Assembly (NCBI RefSeq): GCF_963921235.1
Contig: NC_086098.1
Location: forward strand, 124,001-188,000
Origin: Mobula hypostoma
Taxonomy: Eukaryota
Length of the DNA: 64,000 nucleotides
Direction: 5' to 3'
Part shown: positions 61,020 to 64,000 of the stretch, piece by piece
Layout: the number at the start of each line of letters is the position of its first letter
How positions within the stretch are numbered: position 1 is the stretch's first letter
The notes under the pieces: model-generated
What the model saw: the letters and a program-made list of their open reading frames with translations, nothing else
Told to the model about the DNA's origin: nothing
The model's database searches: none
Made by a program: the position numbers and the translations under genes

Positions 61020-62745
61020 ATCATGGGACATTATATTGAAATTGTATAAGAAGTTTGTGAAGCCAAATTTGGAGTATTGTGTGCACCTCTAGTCACCTAC
61101 ATACAGAAAAGATATCAAAGACTGCAGAGAAAATTTAGATGGATTTAGTGAGGACTGGAGGGTTATATAGGTAAAATGAGTTAAAACTTTATTGCCCGGA
61201 GAGTAAGAGAATGAGAGAAAATATGATACAGTAGTGGTATGCAAAATTATGAGGGGATTAGATAGGGTTAATAGAAGCAGGTTTTTTCCATTGAGGTTGG
61301 ATGAGATTACAACTAAAGGTCATAGGTTAAAGGTGAAAGATTAAATATTTAAGGATCTTCTTTACTTAGAGGGTGGTGAGACTGTGCAATGAGGTGCTAG
61401 TGGAAGTAGAGGATGTGATTTAGATTTCATCATTGAAGAGAAGTTTGGATTAGTGCATGGGTGGGAGGAGCATGGAGGGCTATGGTCCAGGAGTAGGTCA
61501 ATCGGACTATAGAGAATAATAGTTGGGCATTGATTAGATAGACTGAAAGGCCTGCTTCTGTTCTCTAGTGGTGTATGACTCTATCATACCCAGTTAGACA
61601 ATTTAGCACTATGATTATAAGACCATAAGACATAGGAACAGAATTAGGCCATTCAGCCAGTTGAGTATGTTCCTCATTTCCATCATGGATGATTTATCTT
61701 GCATTTTCTCCGCAACCTTTGACACCCTTACTAATCATAGAATCATAGTCATACAGAAGTACAAGATGAGGGAGTTAGACTATGAGGAGAGACTGAGTCA
61801 CCTGGAACTGTACTCACTAGAATTCAGAAGAATGAAAGGAGATCTTATAGAAACATATAAAATTATGAAAAGGATAGACAAGAGGCAGGAAGGTTGTTTC
61901 CACTGGTGGGTGAGAATAGAACTAAGGGACATAGCCTCAAAATACGGGAGAGTAGATTTAGGACAGAGATGAGGAGGAACTGCTTTTCCCAGAGAGTGGT
62001 GAATCTGTGGCATTCTCTGCCCAAGGAAGCAGTGGAGGCTACCTCAGTAAATATATTTAAGGCAAGGTTGGATAGATTTTTGCATAGTAGAGGAATTAAC
62101 GGTTATATGGAAAAGGCAGGTAGCTGGAGATGAATCCATTACCAGACTAGCCATGATCTTATTGAATGACGGAGTGGGCTCGATGGGTCAGATGGCCTAC
62201 TACTGCTCCTATTTCTTATATTATTATGTTCTTACATTGAATTTGGTCCAGATTCCATCAAACTGCACCCATACCATAGCCCTTCACACCCCCACTATCC
62301 ATGTACCTATCAAAATTGCTCTTCAACATTGAAATCAAACTTGAATGCACCTTTCTCATGACCTCCTGAGTGAAGAAGTTTCCCCTCAAGTTCCCCTTAC
62401 ACTTTTCATGTTTCACCCTTAACCCATGACCTCAAGTTGTAGTCCCACCCGACCTCAGTGGACAAAATCTGCTTGCATTTACCCTATCTATATCCCTCAT
62501 AATTTTGTATCTTTTTATCAAATCACCCCTCAGTCTTCTACGTTCCAGGGAATAAAGTTCTAATCTGTTCAATCTTTACTATAACTTGGTTCCTCCAGTG
62601 CCAGTAACTTCCTTGAAAATTTTCTCTGTACTCTTTTAACTTTATTTACATATTTTCTGTAGGCAGGTGATGAAATGCACACAATAGTCCAAATTATATC
62701 TCACAAGCGTCTTATACAACTTCAACATAACATCCTATCTCCCAT
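61020..62745. mobile_element. Decayed CR1 3' fragments (61020-61585 +, 61765-62235 +, 62270-62745 -)
   Basis: PNLEYCV, LYSLEFRRMKGDLIE and QRVVNLWHSLP. Confidence 0.8.
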
Positions 62746-62759
62746 ACTCGGTCAACAGA

Positions 62760-62915
62760 TGCAGGCCAGGCAGCATCTATGGAAAAATAAAACAGTGCAA
62801 ATGAAGGGTCTCGGCCTGAAACTTCAACTATTTACTCTTTTCCATAGATGCTGCCTGGCCTGCAAAGTTCCTCCAGCAGACTGATGAACAGTCTCATCCC
62901 AAAATGTTGACAGTT
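62760..62915. repeat. Miniature PLE-derived palindrome with degenerate hammerhead remnants
   Basis: Perfect 27-bp inverted repeat at 62760-62786 and 62838-62864 around ATGAAGGGTCTCGGCCTGAAAC, plus a second remnant CTGATGAA at 62881. Confidence 0.72.
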
Positions 62916-62964
62916 CACTCTTTGTGGAACATTTTGGAGGGGGAGGGACAGCAGCCATATGTCT

Positions 62965-64000
62965 TAGACCATAAAACCATAAGCCATAGGAGCAGAATTA
63001 GGCCATTCAACTGATCGAGTCTGCTCCACTATTCCATCATGGCTGATCCCGGATCCCACTCAACTCCATACGCCTGCCTTCTCGCCATACCATTTGATGC
63101 CCTGACTGATCAGGAAGCGGTCAACTTCTGCCTTAAATGTATAAATAGACTTGGCTTTTACCACAGAACGTGAGGGAACTTTCGCTACTCTCTGGCTAAA
63201 AATATTCCTCCTTAACTGTTCTATAAGGTTTTGAGTTGGTACTCTCTAGTTCTTTGTACCCCCACCATTGGAAACGTCCTCGCTACATCTCTATTTCTTC
63301 ACACAGAGAGTGGTGAATCTGTGGAATTCTCTGCCACAGGAAACAGTTGAGGCCAGTTCATTGGCTATATTTAAGAGGGAGTTAGATATGGCCCTTGTGG
63401 CTAAAGGGATCAGGGGGTATGGAGGGAAGGCTGGTACAGGGTTCTGAGTTGGATGATCAGCCATGATCATACTGAATGGCGGTGCAGGCTCGAAGGGCCG
63501 AATGGCCTACTCCTGCACCTATTTTCTATGTTTCTATCCAGCCTATCTACTCCTTTCAACAATCAGTAGGTTTCAATGAGATCTCCCCGCATTCTTCTAA
63601 ATTTCAGTGAGTACAGGCCCAAAGCTCCCAAATGCTTCTCTTATGTTAACCCCTTCATTCCTGAAATCATCCTTGTGCACATTCTCTGGACTCCCTCCAA
63701 TGACAGCACATCCTTTTCTGAGATATGAGGCCCAAAACTGTTGGTAATACTCTAAGTGCAGCCTGACTAGTGTCTTATAAAGGCTCAGCACTAGCTTTTA
63801 TATTCTATTCCTCTTGAAATAAATGGCAACAATGCATTTGCCTTCCTTACCAAAGACTCAGCCTGAAAATTGGCCTTCCAGTAGTCTTGCACGAGGATTC
63901 CTAAGTCACTCTGTTCCTCTGATGTTTCAACCTTTTCCTCATTTAGATAATAGTCTGCACTGTTGTTTCTTTTCCAAAAATGCATCATCATACATTTCCC
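62965..64000. mobile_element. CR1 3' fragment (-) interrupted by a younger CR1 3' end (63295-63537, +)
   Basis: KANALLPFISRGIEYKS and LYKTLVRLHLEY. 63295-63537 is the reverse complement of ~9990-10232. Confidence 0.85.

Overview
This is eukaryotic DNA made almost entirely of nested retrotransposons, and I found no supportable host protein-coding exon. The mix of CR1, L2, Rex1/Babar, Penelope-like, HERO, solo LTRs and tRNA-SINEs fits a vertebrate, most plausibly a cartilaginous fish (inference). Most ORFs in the track are fragments, or antisense shadows, of about 25 CR1 LINE copies. The more notable items are: (1) an internally deleted class-I/epsilon-like endogenous retrovirus (16790-21015, minus strand) with an LTR, a tRNA-His PBS, gag late domains, a protease remnant and a 2H (HxT...HxT) phosphoesterase domain; (2) a 4.1-kb palindromic Penelope-like insertion with a 13-bp TSD, stop-free RT/GIY-YIG frames and minimal hammerhead ribozymes at both outer ends; (3) a free-standing 97-nt hammerhead cassette inside an L2; (4) a second Penelope-like copy whose ribozyme segment has been replaced by a 168-nt copy of Rex1 sequence; (5) the same ~620-bp non-autonomous element inside two unrelated solo LTRs. 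Family assignments come from recognising motifs by eye, and no database search was run. Boundaries not marked by a TSD are approximate.
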